Below are positions 19,627 to 29,976 of a DNA stretch of 64,000 bases, in pieces; the first letter of the stretch is position 1, and each line of letters starts with the position of its first letter. The stretch lies in the IMG/VR virus record IMGVR_UViG_3300027365_000011, positions 19,478 to 83,477 of that record; one strand, written 5' to 3'. Source of the stretch: a virus. Position numbers and translations under genes: made by a program. The notes under the pieces were generated by a model, which was given only the letters and a program-made list of their open reading frames with translations, searched no databases and had not been told where the DNA came from.

Positions 19627-19697
19627 TTCGCTATATTGCGCCGCATGAAATGCGTGGATAGGGTGAAACTGCCCATGCTCACTCCCCCGGAGACCCC

Positions 19698-20090
19698 ATG
19701 CACGCCATCGCACTGACCCGTGAGGAATCCCGCTTGTTCGAGGAAGCGCTGGACGCCGCTGTCCGTCTCTACCAGCACCGCGCCAAGGTCGCGACCCAGG
19801 CGGCCGACATGGTAACGGCATCCGCCCTGAAAGCGACTTTTGTGGCCTTGCGCACTACCGCGGGAGACTTGCGAGGGACACGGATCGGCAGCCAACAGCG
19901 TGGCCCCTTGGCCCTGAGCTGGCGCTGGGCCGATGAGGGCGACGAAAACAGCATGGAGACGGTTATCACGATCCACCGGGGCGACCCGGATACCACCGGC
20001 TACGCGATGCTGGCCGCCATTCTCAGCGCGAATCGTCAGGGCGAGGCACCCCACGAGATTATCGCCTTGCTGGAGCGCCTGACATCCTGA
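19698..20090 (+). CDS. Hypothetical protein (paralog of 20212..20667)
   Basis: GGAG RBS; end-to-end similarity to the next ORF. Confidence 0.65.
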   Translation: MHAIALTREESRLFEEALDAAVRLYQHRAKVATQAADMVTASALKATFVALRTTAGDLRGTRIGSQQRGPLALSWRWADEGDENSMETVITIHRGDPDTTGYAMLAAILSANRQGEAPHEIIALLERLTS

Positions 20091-20103
20091 CTCCGTTGGC
20101 CGG

Positions 20104-20141
20104 TATTGCATCTTGTGAAATATCAAAAGGGCTGATACATT
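20104..20141 (+). promoter_or_regulatory. Sigma70 promoter with overlapping palindrome
   Basis: TTGTGA-17 nt-TACATT; TATTGCATCTTGTGAAATA overlaps the -35. Confidence 0.55.
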
Positions 20142-20211
20142 AGTATCCAGAGTCGCACGACAGCGGCTCGCCGCGCCGGCGAAATCCGGTAAATCTCGAC
20201 AGGAGATCATC

Positions 20212-20667
20212 ATGAAAACCATCCAGCGCACCACCGAAGGGCTGACGCTTCGTGAAACCGACTTGTTCCGGGAGGCGGTTCAGGTGGCAATCGGCGCCTA
20301 CCATAGCCAGCTCCCCGACACGACGCCGGCCTTCGGCGTGGATGACCAGCCTTCCCGGCGCCCCGACCCGGATGCCGACACCCTGATGCGCGCCAGCGCC
20401 ACCCTGGCCATGATCGCCGGCCTCAAGACGCTGCTGGATGACATCGGCCGCGCCGACCGTGGACTGGCCCCGAACGGCCCCATCGAGTTCCTGTTTTTTG
20501 CCGACGATGGCGACCCGGCAGACCGTGACAGCCTCGAGGTCACGCTGGCCTATGATGGCAGCCCCACGTCACCGGCTCACCTGATCCTGCTGGCCATCTT
20601 CAACGCCAATCTGGCGCAGGCGGAACGCCATGTCCCGACCATGACGCTGCTGGGACGGCTGCTGTAA
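20212..20667 (+). CDS. Hypothetical protein (paralog of 19698..20090)
   Basis: AGGAG RBS; own promoter. Confidence 0.7.
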   Translation: MKTIQRTTEGLTLRETDLFREAVQVAIGAYHSQLPDTTPAFGVDDQPSRRPDPDADTLMRASATLAMIAGLKTLLDDIGRADRGLAPNGPIEFLFFADDGDPADRDSLEVTLAYDGSPTSPAHLILLAIFNANLAQAERHVPTMTLLGRLL

Positions 20668-20770
20668 CAGCCATGGTCCGCCTTCGGGCGGGCCTGTTTC
20701 CCGTTGTCGCTGCCGGACAGGTAGCCCACCCAGCCCCGGTCGTCGGGGCCTTTTCGTGAAGGGAAGGAGC

Positions 20771-21040
20771 ATGGACAACAACCGCCGCTTGAAGCTGATC
20801 CACGGCGCGCTGCGCCTGAATGACAAGGACGTGGCCCGGGCCGTCACCCTGGGCGGCGTCGAGGTCAGCCGGCACAAGGCCAAGTCATGGCTTCGCCTGA
20901 AATCCACCAGCCGATTGCGCGAGGGACGCCGCCAGCAGCGCTACATCGACATGACGCAGGAACAGTTCGACGCTTTCCTGATCGGCCTGAAACCGATGCT
21001 GGATGAAATCGACGCCGAGGAATCCCCGAATGACGAGTAA
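20771..21040 (+). CDS. DUF1456/YehS-like small protein
   Basis: MDNNRRLKLIHGALRLND...EVSRHKAKSWLR...FDAFLIGL pattern; AAGGAG RBS. Confidence 0.65.
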   Translation: MDNNRRLKLIHGALRLNDKDVARAVTLGGVEVSRHKAKSWLRLKSTSRLREGRRQQRYIDMTQEQFDAFLIGLKPMLDEIDAEESPNDE

Positions 21041-22097
21041 CGCCCCTCGCCCCAAACAGCACCTGGCCGCCGCCGGCAAGCTGTACAAGGGCGCCTGGAA
21101 GCAGATCGACGGCTTCCGCGCCGAACGCGGCACCCACGTCCCCGACTGGCCCGACTGGTGCTTCATCCCCATCGCCGCCACTCAGGCCATCGTCGCCGAG
21201 GATGCGGGCGTCGACGGCGCGCAACTGGCCTTCACCCACCCCGAGCGCCTGGCTGACGCGGCGCGCCTGGCGGCACTGGCGACATGGCGCGTCACCCAGG
21301 GCATCTATCGCTTCGACCCGACGCTGTACGCCAGCGTGATCGACACCCCCGTCGAGCGCGACATTCCCGCGGACGTGCTTTATCGGCTGCCCGAGTGGTG
21401 CGTCTACGTCGAGACGCCGGGGCTCGGCTGGCTGGGCGACACGCTCCACGGCTACTGGGCGCACCTCGAGCACGACATCAATACCGGCCGGGCGGAGCTG
21501 CGCCTGCTGCTGGACACCGAGGGCGCGCTCGAGCCGCTGCCTCTGCACCTGGGCGACTGGCCGCTGATCGAGGCCGTCGAGCGCATGGTCGGCGAGGCCT
21601 CCCGGCAGACGATCATCCACGGGCTGACGCGCTGGACCGAGGGGCTGGCCCGGGATGACCTGGCCCCCGGCATTGCGGGCGATGTCGCCCCGCTGCTCTC
21701 GCTGCTGCTGTACCTGTGCAGCCAGTCCGACGAGATCGGCGCGCCCGGCCATCGCCCGGCCTATCCCCGGCCCAAGCGCACCAAGCGCGGCTGGCGCCTG
21801 TTCCCGGCCGACAAGCCCTCGACATGGAATGTCGGCGTGCGCATCGGCAGCGCGTTGAGACGTGCCCAGGGCCAAGGCGAGTCCGGTGAGCGGCCGGTGG
21901 CCGGCGCGGATCGGGCGCGCCCGCGGGCGCATATCCGCCGCGCGCACTGGCACGGCTACTGGACGGGGCCACGCGATCCCGAGCGGGTCGATGAACGCCG
22001 CTTCCAGCTACGCTGGCAGCCGCCCATCCCGGTCAACGTGAGCGACGTTGACGACCTGCCGGCGACCGTGCGGCCAATCCAGCAATCGGACGAGTAA
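21030..22097 (+). CDS. AcrVA2/FinQ-family protein
   Basis: WRVTQGIYRFD, LPEWCVYV, LLLYLC, HIRRAHWHGYW, RWQPP.PVN all parallel recalled AcrVA2 motifs (WRNTLGIY, LPDWCVYV, PHIRRGHWHGYW). Confidence 0.8.
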   Translation: MTSNAPRPKQHLAAAGKLYKGAWKQIDGFRAERGTHVPDWPDWCFIPIAATQAIVAEDAGVDGAQLAFTHPERLADAARLAALATWRVTQGIYRFDPTLYASVIDTPVERDIPADVLYRLPEWCVYVETPGLGWLGDTLHGYWAHLEHDINTGRAELRLLLDTEGALEPLPLHLGDWPLIEAVERMVGEASRQTIIHGLTRWTEGLARDDLAPGIAGDVAPLLSLLLYLCSQSDEIGAPGHRPAYPRPKRTKRGWRLFPADKPSTWNVGVRIGSALRRAQGQGESGERPVAGADRARPRAHIRRAHWHGYWTGPRDPERVDERRFQLRWQPPIPVNVSDVDDLPATVRPIQQSDE

Positions 22098-22125
22098 CGA
22101 AGCGCTTACCTTTCGTGACCGAATG

Positions 22126-22143
22126 TTACCCCTCGGGTAAAAT
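22126..22143 (+). promoter_or_regulatory. Operator/promoter of the darB-ulx-prt-pro operon
   Basis: TTACCCCTCGGGTAA palindrome overlapping a TAAAAT -10. Confidence 0.55.
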
Positions 22144-22174
22144 GTGGCGATCGCCCATCCTCAAGGGGTAACTC

Positions 22175-25100
22175 ATGACGCAACAGATTCTCGAGCGGGC
22201 CACCCAGGGGCCGCTCGACGCCGCGCTGGGCTCGGCTCGGCAGGCTTCGACCTTCGGCCAGCTTATCGGCGCTCTCTCCACCCTGGCCGACGCGCTCGGC
22301 GACACCGATACCGCCGACGCCCTGCAGGGGCAGATGCAGTACGGGCTGCGCAAGCGCGGCCAGCAGGCCCGCAAGGCCATCAATGCCAAGACCCGCGAGA
22401 TACTGGCGCGGGTCGACGGCGACCCCGACGCCCTGAGCGACGCCGACCGCGACGTGTTGCGCCAGTACAGCGGCCGCGGCGGCATCGCCGATGACAACAG
22501 CCTCTCCGAATACTACACGCCGCAGCCGATCGCCGAAGGCGTGTGGGATGCGCTCAAGGCCAACGGCTTCGAGAACGGTAATGTCCTGGAGCCATCCACC
22601 GGCGCCGGCGTGTTCCTCGCCACCAAGCCCGCCGGCACGAAGGTCAGCGGCGCGGAGATCGACCCCACCAGCTCCAGCGTGGCCGCCCTGCTCCACCCCG
22701 ACGACGACGTGAGCAATCAGTCCTTCGAGCAACTGTGCGCCACCGCCAAGGACAACACCTATGACAGCGTGGTCGGCAACGTGCCGTTCGGGGATGCCCG
22801 GGGCAAGTGGGCGAAGTTCGACCCCGAGTACCAGGACATCAAGGAGATGGAGCGTTATTTTATAACGCGCGCCATCGACAAGGTGCGTTTCGGCGGCCTG
22901 CTGTGCCTGATCGTGCCGCCCAACATCGTCAGCAAGCGCTCCAAGACCTTCACCCGCTGGCGCCGCGACATTTCCCGCAAGGCCGAGTTCCTGGGCGCCC
23001 ACAAGCTGCCCAGCGGCACCTTCGGCGGGGCCAACGGCAACGGCACCGACACCGTGGTCGACGTGCTGGTGATGCGCAAGCACAGCCGCGAGCTGACCAA
23101 CCGGATTCCCGACCTGACCACCGACGCCCTGACCGGGGCCAACGTCTACTGGGACCAGTTCATCGAGGGCCGCTGGTTCGAGCGTGACGGCAAGCGCTTC
23201 GTGCATGGCGAGATCGTGGAGGGCTTCCGCACCCAGGTGAAGTCCGAGATCGACAACGCCGGGCTCAAGCGCCTGCTGGCGCGCAAGTTCGACAGCCGCA
23301 TCGACTTCGCCGCCCTGGACAGCGCCGAGACGGTGACGCGCAACTACCAGGACGGCGACCGCCGGGTCATCGGGATGCAGATGCACGAGTTGGCCGGCGG
23401 CGAATGGGTCAAGGTCGACGCCGCCGACGGCGTGTATCGTGACGGCGCCCTCGATGCCGAGCGCTACGGTGCGGCCAGCCAGGAAGAACTGACCGGCATC
23501 CTGGGCGGCGAGCCGGCCGGGGCGCTGGCGCTGTCCCACCGTCAGGCGGCCAATGCCGTCAACGGGCGCTTCGCGGACGCGGCCAGCGGCGCCATCCGCA
23601 ACGCCGTGCGCCTGGCCGACCAGGCCGACGAGGGCGTGCGCGAGCGGGTCTACCGGGCGGCACTGGTCGGCAACGAGGTCAACCGCTACGCCCGCGCGGT
23701 CTCGGAAACCGGCCAGGCCGACGACGCCGCCCGCGAGCGCCTGCAACGGCTCGTCACCGCCGAGGTCGAGCAGTACGGCAACCCGTCACGCAGCACCGCG
23801 CTGCGCCAGGTGAGCGGCCCCGGCGCCAGCGATGTCGGCGCCTTCATGCGCTCAGTGCGCCGCGATGGCGGCTTCTCCGACCTGCTGACCGGCAAGCGCG
23901 ACGGCTCCCGCGGCGAGGCGGTCGACACCACGGACCCGGCGGACGTGCTGCGCTTCCTGGCCGCCAGCCAGGGCAACGGCGCCGTCACCCTGGACGACGT
24001 GAAGGCGATGTACAGCGGCGACCGGGCGCTGACCATCGAGTCGCTGGCCGAAAGCGACGCCATCGCGGTCACGGCCGATGGCCACCTCCAGCCCATGGAG
24101 CATTTCGCCAGCGGCAACGTGGTGAGCAAGATCGCCCGCCTGCGCGAAGCCCTCGCCGGCGAGCTCTCCCCGGCCCTGGCCGACAAGTTCCGCGGCCAGA
24201 TTGACGAGATGAACCGCCGGCGCACCTTCACCGATGTCGATGACATCGACTTCTCGCTGCGCGGCAAGTGGTTCGATCGCGAGCTGGTGGCGGAATTTCT
24301 CAACGCGCGCGGCTATGACTTCGTGCGCTATGACGCCACCCGGGGGCAGTTCACCAACGGCCGCTTCGGCACCAAGCCCGAGCGCTTCAACAAGCAACTG
24401 CTCAACTTCCTGAACGGCCAGACCGTGCGCTCCAAGGACGCTCAGGCGACCGCCGAGTACAAGCAACAGATCCGCGACCTGGCCGACGAGTTCGGCACCT
24501 GGATGCGCCAGCGCGACGACATCGATGAGCTGGTCGCCCGCTACAACGACGCCTTCAACGATCATGTGCCGGTGGAATACGACGGCTCCGACCTGGGGCT
24601 CGAGAACGTCGCCGACTGGATCACCCCGCACGACTACCAGGCCGCCGGGGTGCGCCGCCTGAGCGACGAAGGCCGCGGCGTGCTGGCCTTCGACGTGGGG
24701 CTGGGTAAAGCTCAGCCCATGGATGCCAAGATTCTTACGCCGGATGGCTGGCGCCGCATGGGCGATATTGCTGCGGGTGACATGGTGATGGCCGCTGACG
24801 GAACACCGACACGGGTTACCGGCGTGTTTCCCCAGGGCGAAAAGGAAATCTTCGAGGTCGTTTTCAGCGACGGGGCTGTGACGCGCTGCTGTGACGAGCA
24901 CCTGTGGCTGACGCAGACCGAGAAGGACCGCAAGAAGGAACGCTATTCTCGCCGCAAGGGGCTGGAGCGCTCCGAGCCCGGCACCGTCAAGCCCCTCAGC
25001 GAGATTCGCGACACGCTGGTCTACCAGACACAGAAGAACCACCGCATTCCCATGGCGGCACCGGCTCAGATGCCTGAGCGAGACGTGCTCATCGACCCCT

Positions 25101-28100
25101 ATGTCATGGGCGTGCTGATCGGGGATGGCGCCCTTTCGCACACTGCCATCACCTTCACGCCCGGGGATGACGAGATTGCCGAGCGAGTCAGCCGCATCAT
25201 TGCCAACGCCGGCACTCCGGTCGAGGTCCGCCAGCGTGCCAAGCAAGCAGGCAAGGCCACCACCTACGGCATTTCCCGTCTCAGCAACACGATACCCAAC
25301 GTCTATCACGACGAGCTGCAGCGACTGGCGCTCATGGGGTCCATGTCGCATGAGAAGTTCATCCCCGACGAGTACAAACTGGGGTCGATTGAGCAGCGCA
25401 CCGAGCTGCTGCGCGGCCTCATGGATACGGACGGCTATGTCAGCAAGGACGGGGTGACGGTACAGTTTTCCAGCACCAGCGCCGCCCTCGCAGGCGATGT
25501 GCGGGAGCTGGCGCAGAGTCTTGGTGGCATCGCGTGGACCAGCAGCAGGGAGCCGACCTACACCCACAATGGCGAGAAGCGCCAAGGGCGGACCTCCTAC
25601 ACCGTGTCAATGCGCCTTCCGGCTGCGCTCAACCCGTTCTGGCTGGCCCGCAAGGCAGAGCGCGTTCGCCCCAGGACCAAGTACCAGCCGGTGCGCTACA
25701 TCACCGAGGTCAATCCGGTCGGGCGCGAACTGGCGCAGTGCATCAGCGTTGAGCACTCCGAGCACCTGTATGTGACCGACGACTATATCGTCACTCACAA
25801 CACGCTCTCCGCCCTGTCGCTGGCCCAGTACAACGCACAGAAGGGGCGCGCCAAGCGGACCTGCATCACCGTGCCCAAGGCGGTGCTGGAAAACTGGTAT
25901 CACGAGTCTCGCCAGTTCCATAAGTCCATGGGCCATGTGCTGTTCGTCGGCTTCACGCCCAAGATGAAGGGCGGCGAGGTCGAGCGCGAGCCGGTGCTGG
26001 ATGCCGAGGGCAACCCCAAGGTCGGCCGCAACGGCGAGGTGCAGTACCGCGACGTGCTCCTCGAGGACAGCGCCGAGACCATCTTCGAGAAGATGAACGA
26101 CATCCCGCAGACCAGCAAGACGCTGGTGGTCATGTCGCGGGAGCGCTTCGGCATGATTCCCATGCGCCCGGAGTCCCGCGAGGCCTATGCCGACAAGATG
26201 GTCAGCAAGAACCTGCTGCGCGACAGCGAGGCCGCCAGTCTCGCCCAGGGCGAGGACGTGAAGCTGGGCCGCGGCGGGTCGTATGACGAGGCGAAGCAGA
26301 CCGAGCGCTACCAGCAGAAGTTCAACGACGACGGCACCCGCAAGCAGGACGCCTACCCGTTCTTCGAGGACATGGGCTTCGATTCGGTCATCGTCGACGA
26401 GGGCCACGAGTACAAGAACACCTATCAGGCCGGCGGCGACACCCAGCGCCTGGCCTACCTGCCGACGCCGCAGCCGTCCAAGCGCGCGCTCGACATGGCA
26501 ATGAAGATGGACCACCTGCGCGGCCGCAACCAGGGCGCGGGGCCGGTCATGCTCACGGCCACCCCGGTGACGAACAGCCCGGTGGAGGTCTACAACATGC
26601 TCAGTCACATCGTGCCGTCCGAGCAGTTCGAGCAGATGGGGATCAGCAACGTCGATGACTTCGTGGACACCTTCTGCGAAGTCACCGAGGTTCAGCGCAC
26701 CAAGCTGTCCGGGGAGGTCGTCACCGAGGAAGGCGTGGCGGGCTTCAAGAACCTCGACGGGCTGCGCTCGATCTTCCACCGCTATACCAACATGAAGTCC
26801 GCCCAGGACGTGAACGACGAGGCCAACAGCCTCAAGATTCCCGACCACACCGAAGTTCACGCCTCCGTCGACATGACCGCCGAGCAGGCGCGGATCTATG
26901 AGCAGCTTCGCGAGGAAGCCGACAATGCCAACCAGGAGGTGGTGAAGCAGGCCGAGGATGGCAGCGTCACGCTCGAGGATGCCCGCCCGGTGTTCGCGAT
27001 CATCCGCGACATGGACCGCATCACCACGGACATGGACCTGTACCTGCACACCATGACCTTCACCCTGCCCGCCGGGCAGCGCGAGGCCGTGGACCGGCTG
27101 GTGGCCGACCTCCCCGCGCGCATCAATCGCCGCCTGCGCGACGAGGAAACCGGCGAGATGGAGACCGTGCCGGTCGAGCTGGACGAGACCCTGAGCCTGA
27201 CGGAAGACGGCGACACCCTGACGCTGGTGGTGCATGAACTCTACGAGTCCGAGGTGGTCAAGCGGCTCAAGAAGGTCGGCATCGATGAGAAGGACGTGGC
27301 CCACCCGGTCATGCCCAAGTACGCCAAGCTGCTGGAGAACCTGCGCAGCGACCACGAGAACGGCGGCAAGCAGATCGTGTTCACGGAGGAAAAGAGCCAG
27401 CACGACAAGCTCAAGCGCATCATCGTCCACCACCTGCCGATCGAGGCCAAGGAAATCGGCATCATCAACGCCGACACCGCCGGCGGCGACAAGCTCGAGA
27501 AGATCAGCAGCGACTACAACACCGGCAAGGTGCGCATCGTGCTCGCCAACCGCAAGGCGGAAGTGGGCGTGAACCTGCAGAAAGGCACAACGGCGATTCA
27601 CCACCTCACCCTGCCCTGGACCCCGGCGAGCATCCAGCAGCGCAACGGCCGCGGCGTGCGCCAGGGCAACACGGTGTCGAACGTCAACGTCATCTACTAC
27701 ATGGGCAAGGGCAGCTTCGACGGCTACCGCCTCGACATGCTCAAGCGCAAGGCCAACTGGATCAACGACCTGTTCTTCGGCGACGCGGCCCGCGCCGACA
27801 ACGCCAACGCCGGCAGCGACGAGGACGTGTCGGTGATGCTGGCGGCCAACCCCGAGGAACAGCGCCGCCGCATCGCCGAGGCCCGCGAACAGAAGGAACA
27901 GCAGGCCCGCGAGCGCGCCAACAAGCGCGCCACCATCGACCTGACCAACTACCAGAAGCACAAGGCGTTCCTGGCCGGGTACGACGCGGCCGAGCAACGC
28001 GCCGTGGACAACGCCCGCGAGCGCGGCCGCAGCGAGGACGACGCCCGCGCGCGGATGCAGAAGAAGCGCGACAAGGCCCAGGGCGAGCTGCGCCAGATCG

Positions 28101-29539
28101 AGGGCCGCCTGACCACCGCCCAGGAGAAGGGGCGCATCGACATCGACGCCAAGCGGCTGATGCAGGGCGGCGAGTACCTGACCACGCTCGACGGCCAGGT
28201 GATTGAAGCCGGTCAGTGTTACGAGACGCCCCGCGGGATGCTGATGAAGGTCAGCGCCATCGATACCGCCTCGGGTTCTGTCACGCTCAAGTCGATCGAC
28301 ATGCCCAACGTGCCGGCCTCCCGGGAGGCGGCGAACAAGCTGGGCGGCTACAAGCGCGTCGAGATGAGCGAGGAAGCCATCGACCAGCGCATCCTGAGCC
28401 GTGGCGGCTGGCGCTACCATGAGCTGGCCAACTACCGCGTCGATGCCGCCTTCCTCCGCGAGAACGCCGGCCGACTGGTGCGCCAGTGTGTCGATCGCCG
28501 CCTGCTGATGGTCGATGACGACGGCGAGCTGCACGCCATGGAGCTGGGCGACGCCGAAAAGGCCGCCGAGGCCGGCATGGGCATCGCCAAGCCCCGCCCG
28601 AGCGATGCCGAATGGCACCGCCGCGCCAGCGCCGCACTGTTCGCGGGCCACCGCCAGGCCCCCAGCTTCGGGCGCTCGGCCATCGATCGCTTCGGCCGCG
28701 CCCTGCTGGGTGATGACTGGCTCAAGGCGGCCACCGACGCCTTCGGCAACCCGCCCAGTGATGCCGATGTGGCGGCCACGTTCGGCGAGATCGCCAGCCA
28801 GGAATGGCAGGCCTACCAGGACAACAAGCTGGACGTGCTGGCCGACATCATGGAGCGCGTGCAGGGCGACGCCGGCGCCAGCATCATCGACAGCGAGATC
28901 CAGCGCGCCGTGTCTCGGGCCACCGCCAACTACAGCCGCTACCGGACCAAGCACCGCCTGAGCAGTGCCGCCCGTCAGTCGCTGGTCGAGGCCGGCTATG
29001 ACGTGACCGACGCCACGCTGGAGGACGCCGCCCGGTCCCATGCCGAGCAGCTCGACCAGCGGGTCGAGGGCGACGCCCAGACCGTGGCCGACAACATCAA
29101 GGCGATGCGCGACAAGCGGGCCGAACAGGCCGCCGCCGACCGCGAGGCCGCCGCGGCCGAGGGCGCACAGATGGCCGCCGATGCGGTCCCCGAGACGCTG
29201 CGAGAGCGGCTGGACGAGCTGGGCATCGAGGTCAAGGTGAACACCCAGCCGATGAGCTGGAAGCCCAAGGGCGGCGGCAAGCGCCCGGCGAAGGGCATGT
29301 CGATCGAATCCGAGGCCGGATCGCGGCTGATGCTGTTCGACCCCCAGGGCTACGGCGGCCCCTTGTCCCAGGCGCTTTCGGGACGCAACAATCCGTTACA
29401 GAAGCGATACAATGCGGTCTGGACGATCTTTGAACCCGGCACCGTTCGCATGAACCTGATCCCCGGCAAGGGCGATCTGTGGTGGCACATGCCGCTGGAC
29501 GGGCTCGACTTCGACGCACTGATGGAGGCCTTCGAGTGA
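22175..29539 (+). CDS. darB: DarB: N6 methyltransferase plus SNF2-type helicase, intein-containing
   Basis: EYYTP, VLEPSTGAGVF, VGNVPFG (MTase); AFDVGLGK[intein]T, VDEGH, TATP, QRNGRGVRQGN (SF2). Confidence 0.9.
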   Translation: MTQQILERATQGPLDAALGSARQASTFGQLIGALSTLADALGDTDTADALQGQMQYGLRKRGQQARKAINAKTREILARVDGDPDALSDADRDVLRQYSGRGGIADDNSLSEYYTPQPIAEGVWDALKANGFENGNVLEPSTGAGVFLATKPAGTKVSGAEIDPTSSSVAALLHPDDDVSNQSFEQLCATAKDNTYDSVVGNVPFGDARGKWAKFDPEYQDIKEMERYFITRAIDKVRFGGLLCLIVPPNIVSKRSKTFTRWRRDISRKAEFLGAHKLPSGTFGGANGNGTDTVVDVLVMRKHSRELTNRIPDLTTDALTGANVYWDQFIEGRWFERDGKRFVHGEIVEGFRTQVKSEIDNAGLKRLLARKFDSRIDFAALDSAETVTRNYQDGDRRVIGMQMHELAGGEWVKVDAADGVYRDGALDAERYGAASQEELTGILGGEPAGALALSHRQAANAVNGRFADAASGAIRNAVRLADQADEGVRERVYRAALVGNEVNRYARAVSETGQADDAARERLQRLVTAEVEQYGNPSRSTALRQVSGPGASDVGAFMRSVRRDGGFSDLLTGKRDGSRGEAVDTTDPADVLRFLAASQGNGAVTLDDVKAMYSGDRALTIESLAESDAIAVTADGHLQPMEHFASGNVVSKIARLREALAGELSPALADKFRGQIDEMNRRRTFTDVDDIDFSLRGKWFDRELVAEFLNARGYDFVRYDATRGQFTNGRFGTKPERFNKQLLNFLNGQTVRSKDAQATAEYKQQIRDLADEFGTWMRQRDDIDELVARYNDAFNDHVPVEYDGSDLGLENVADWITPHDYQAAGVRRLSDEGRGVLAFDVGLGKAQPMDAKILTPDGWRRMGDIAAGDMVMAADGTPTRVTGVFPQGEKEIFEVVFSDGAVTRCCDEHLWLTQTEKDRKKERYSRRKGLERSEPGTVKPLSEIRDTLVYQTQKNHRIPMAAPAQMPERDVLIDPYVMGVLIGDGALSHTAITFTPGDDEIAERVSRIIANAGTPVEVRQRAKQAGKATTYGISRLSNTIPNVYHDELQRLALMGSMSHEKFIPDEYKLGSIEQRTELLRGLMDTDGYVSKDGVTVQFSSTSAALAGDVRELAQSLGGIAWTSSREPTYTHNGEKRQGRTSYTVSMRLPAALNPFWLARKAERVRPRTKYQPVRYITEVNPVGRELAQCISVEHSEHLYVTDDYIVTHNTLSALSLAQYNAQKGRAKRTCITVPKAVLENWYHESRQFHKSMGHVLFVGFTPKMKGGEVEREPVLDAEGNPKVGRNGEVQYRDVLLEDSAETIFEKMNDIPQTSKTLVVMSRERFGMIPMRPESREAYADKMVSKNLLRDSEAASLAQGEDVKLGRGGSYDEAKQTERYQQKFNDDGTRKQDAYPFFEDMGFDSVIVDEGHEYKNTYQAGGDTQRLAYLPTPQPSKRALDMAMKMDHLRGRNQGAGPVMLTATPVTNSPVEVYNMLSHIVPSEQFEQMGISNVDDFVDTFCEVTEVQRTKLSGEVVTEEGVAGFKNLDGLRSIFHRYTNMKSAQDVNDEANSLKIPDHTEVHASVDMTAEQARIYEQLREEADNANQEVVKQAEDGSVTLEDARPVFAIIRDMDRITTDMDLYLHTMTFTLPAGQREAVDRLVADLPARINRRLRDEETGEMETVPVELDETLSLTEDGDTLTLVVHELYESEVVKRLKKVGIDEKDVAHPVMPKYAKLLENLRSDHENGGKQIVFTEEKSQHDKLKRIIVHHLPIEAKEIGIINADTAGGDKLEKISSDYNTGKVRIVLANRKAEVGVNLQKGTTAIHHLTLPWTPASIQQRNGRGVRQGNTVSNVNVIYYMGKGSFDGYRLDMLKRKANWINDLFFGDAARADNANAGSDEDVSVMLAANPEEQRRRIAEAREQKEQQARERANKRATIDLTNYQKHKAFLAGYDAAEQRAVDNARERGRSEDDARARMQKKRDKAQGELRQIEGRLTTAQEKGRIDIDAKRLMQGGEYLTTLDGQVIEAGQCYETPRGMLMKVSAIDTASGSVTLKSIDMPNVPASREAANKLGGYKRVEMSEEAIDQRILSRGGWRYHELANYRVDAAFLRENAGRLVRQCVDRRLLMVDDDGELHAMELGDAEKAAEAGMGIAKPRPSDAEWHRRASAALFAGHRQAPSFGRSAIDRFGRALLGDDWLKAATDAFGNPPSDADVAATFGEIASQEWQAYQDNKLDVLADIMERVQGDAGASIIDSEIQRAVSRATANYSRYRTKHRLSSAARQSLVEAGYDVTDATLEDAARSHAEQLDQRVEGDAQTVADNIKAMRDKRAEQAAADREAAAAEGAQMAADAVPETLRERLDELGIEVKVNTQPMSWKPKGGGKRPAKGMSIESEAGSRLMLFDPQGYGGPLSQALSGRNNPLQKRYNAVWTIFEPGTVRMNLIPGKGDLWWHMPLDGLDFDALMEAFE
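24710..25801 (+). mobile_element. Class 3 intein with LAGLIDADG endonuclease, in the DarB Walker A motif
   Basis: GLGK|AQPMDAKILTPDGW...EHLW...GVLIGDG...RGLMDTDG...AQCISV...IVTHN|T; removal restores GLGKT; codon use shifts. Confidence 0.9.
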
Positions 29540-29976
29540 CCATTTCCCGCTTTGACCCTGCCGACCTCGAGCGCCTGATTGCCGAGGAAGTCGGCAGCGA
29601 GGATTTCCTGACCGACTACCTGGACGGCGTGGCCCGCACCCTGGACGCCCAGCCGGAGACCTATCGGGGCTTCGGCCCCTACTGGTGGCCGCTCAAGCGG
29701 CTGCTGATCGACGCCGGGCACTCCCAGTTCGGCGACACCGTGGACGATGCCGAGACGGCCGACGCGCTGACCTACGACCGCCCTGCCCTGACCGCGGCGG
29801 CGGCCTACACGTTCGCCGAGCACGCCCGGGGCGCGGGGATGCAGTTCAGCCCCGCGCACACGATTGCCCGCGAGGATGGGGAGCTGGACACCTACCTGAT
29901 CGCCGATGAAGACATCGAGGGGCCGGTCATCGCCCGGCAGCTCGTCCAGCAAGGGGGCACCGATGGCGCGGACTAA
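29536..29976 (+). CDS. ulx: Ulx-like DarB packaging chaperone
   Basis: YRGFGPYWWPLKRLL...YDRPALT matches P1 Ulx; GTG start overlaps the darB stop. Confidence 0.8.
   Translation: MTISRFDPADLERLIAEEVGSEDFLTDYLDGVARTLDAQPETYRGFGPYWWPLKRLLIDAGHSQFGDTVDDAETADALTYDRPALTAAAAYTFAEHARGAGMQFSPAHTIAREDGELDTYLIADEDIEGPVIARQLVQQGGTDGAD

Noticed and set aside
22175-23100. Stand-alone restriction-modification methyltransferase
   Set aside because: It is the N-terminal domain of DarB; there is no cognate endonuclease.
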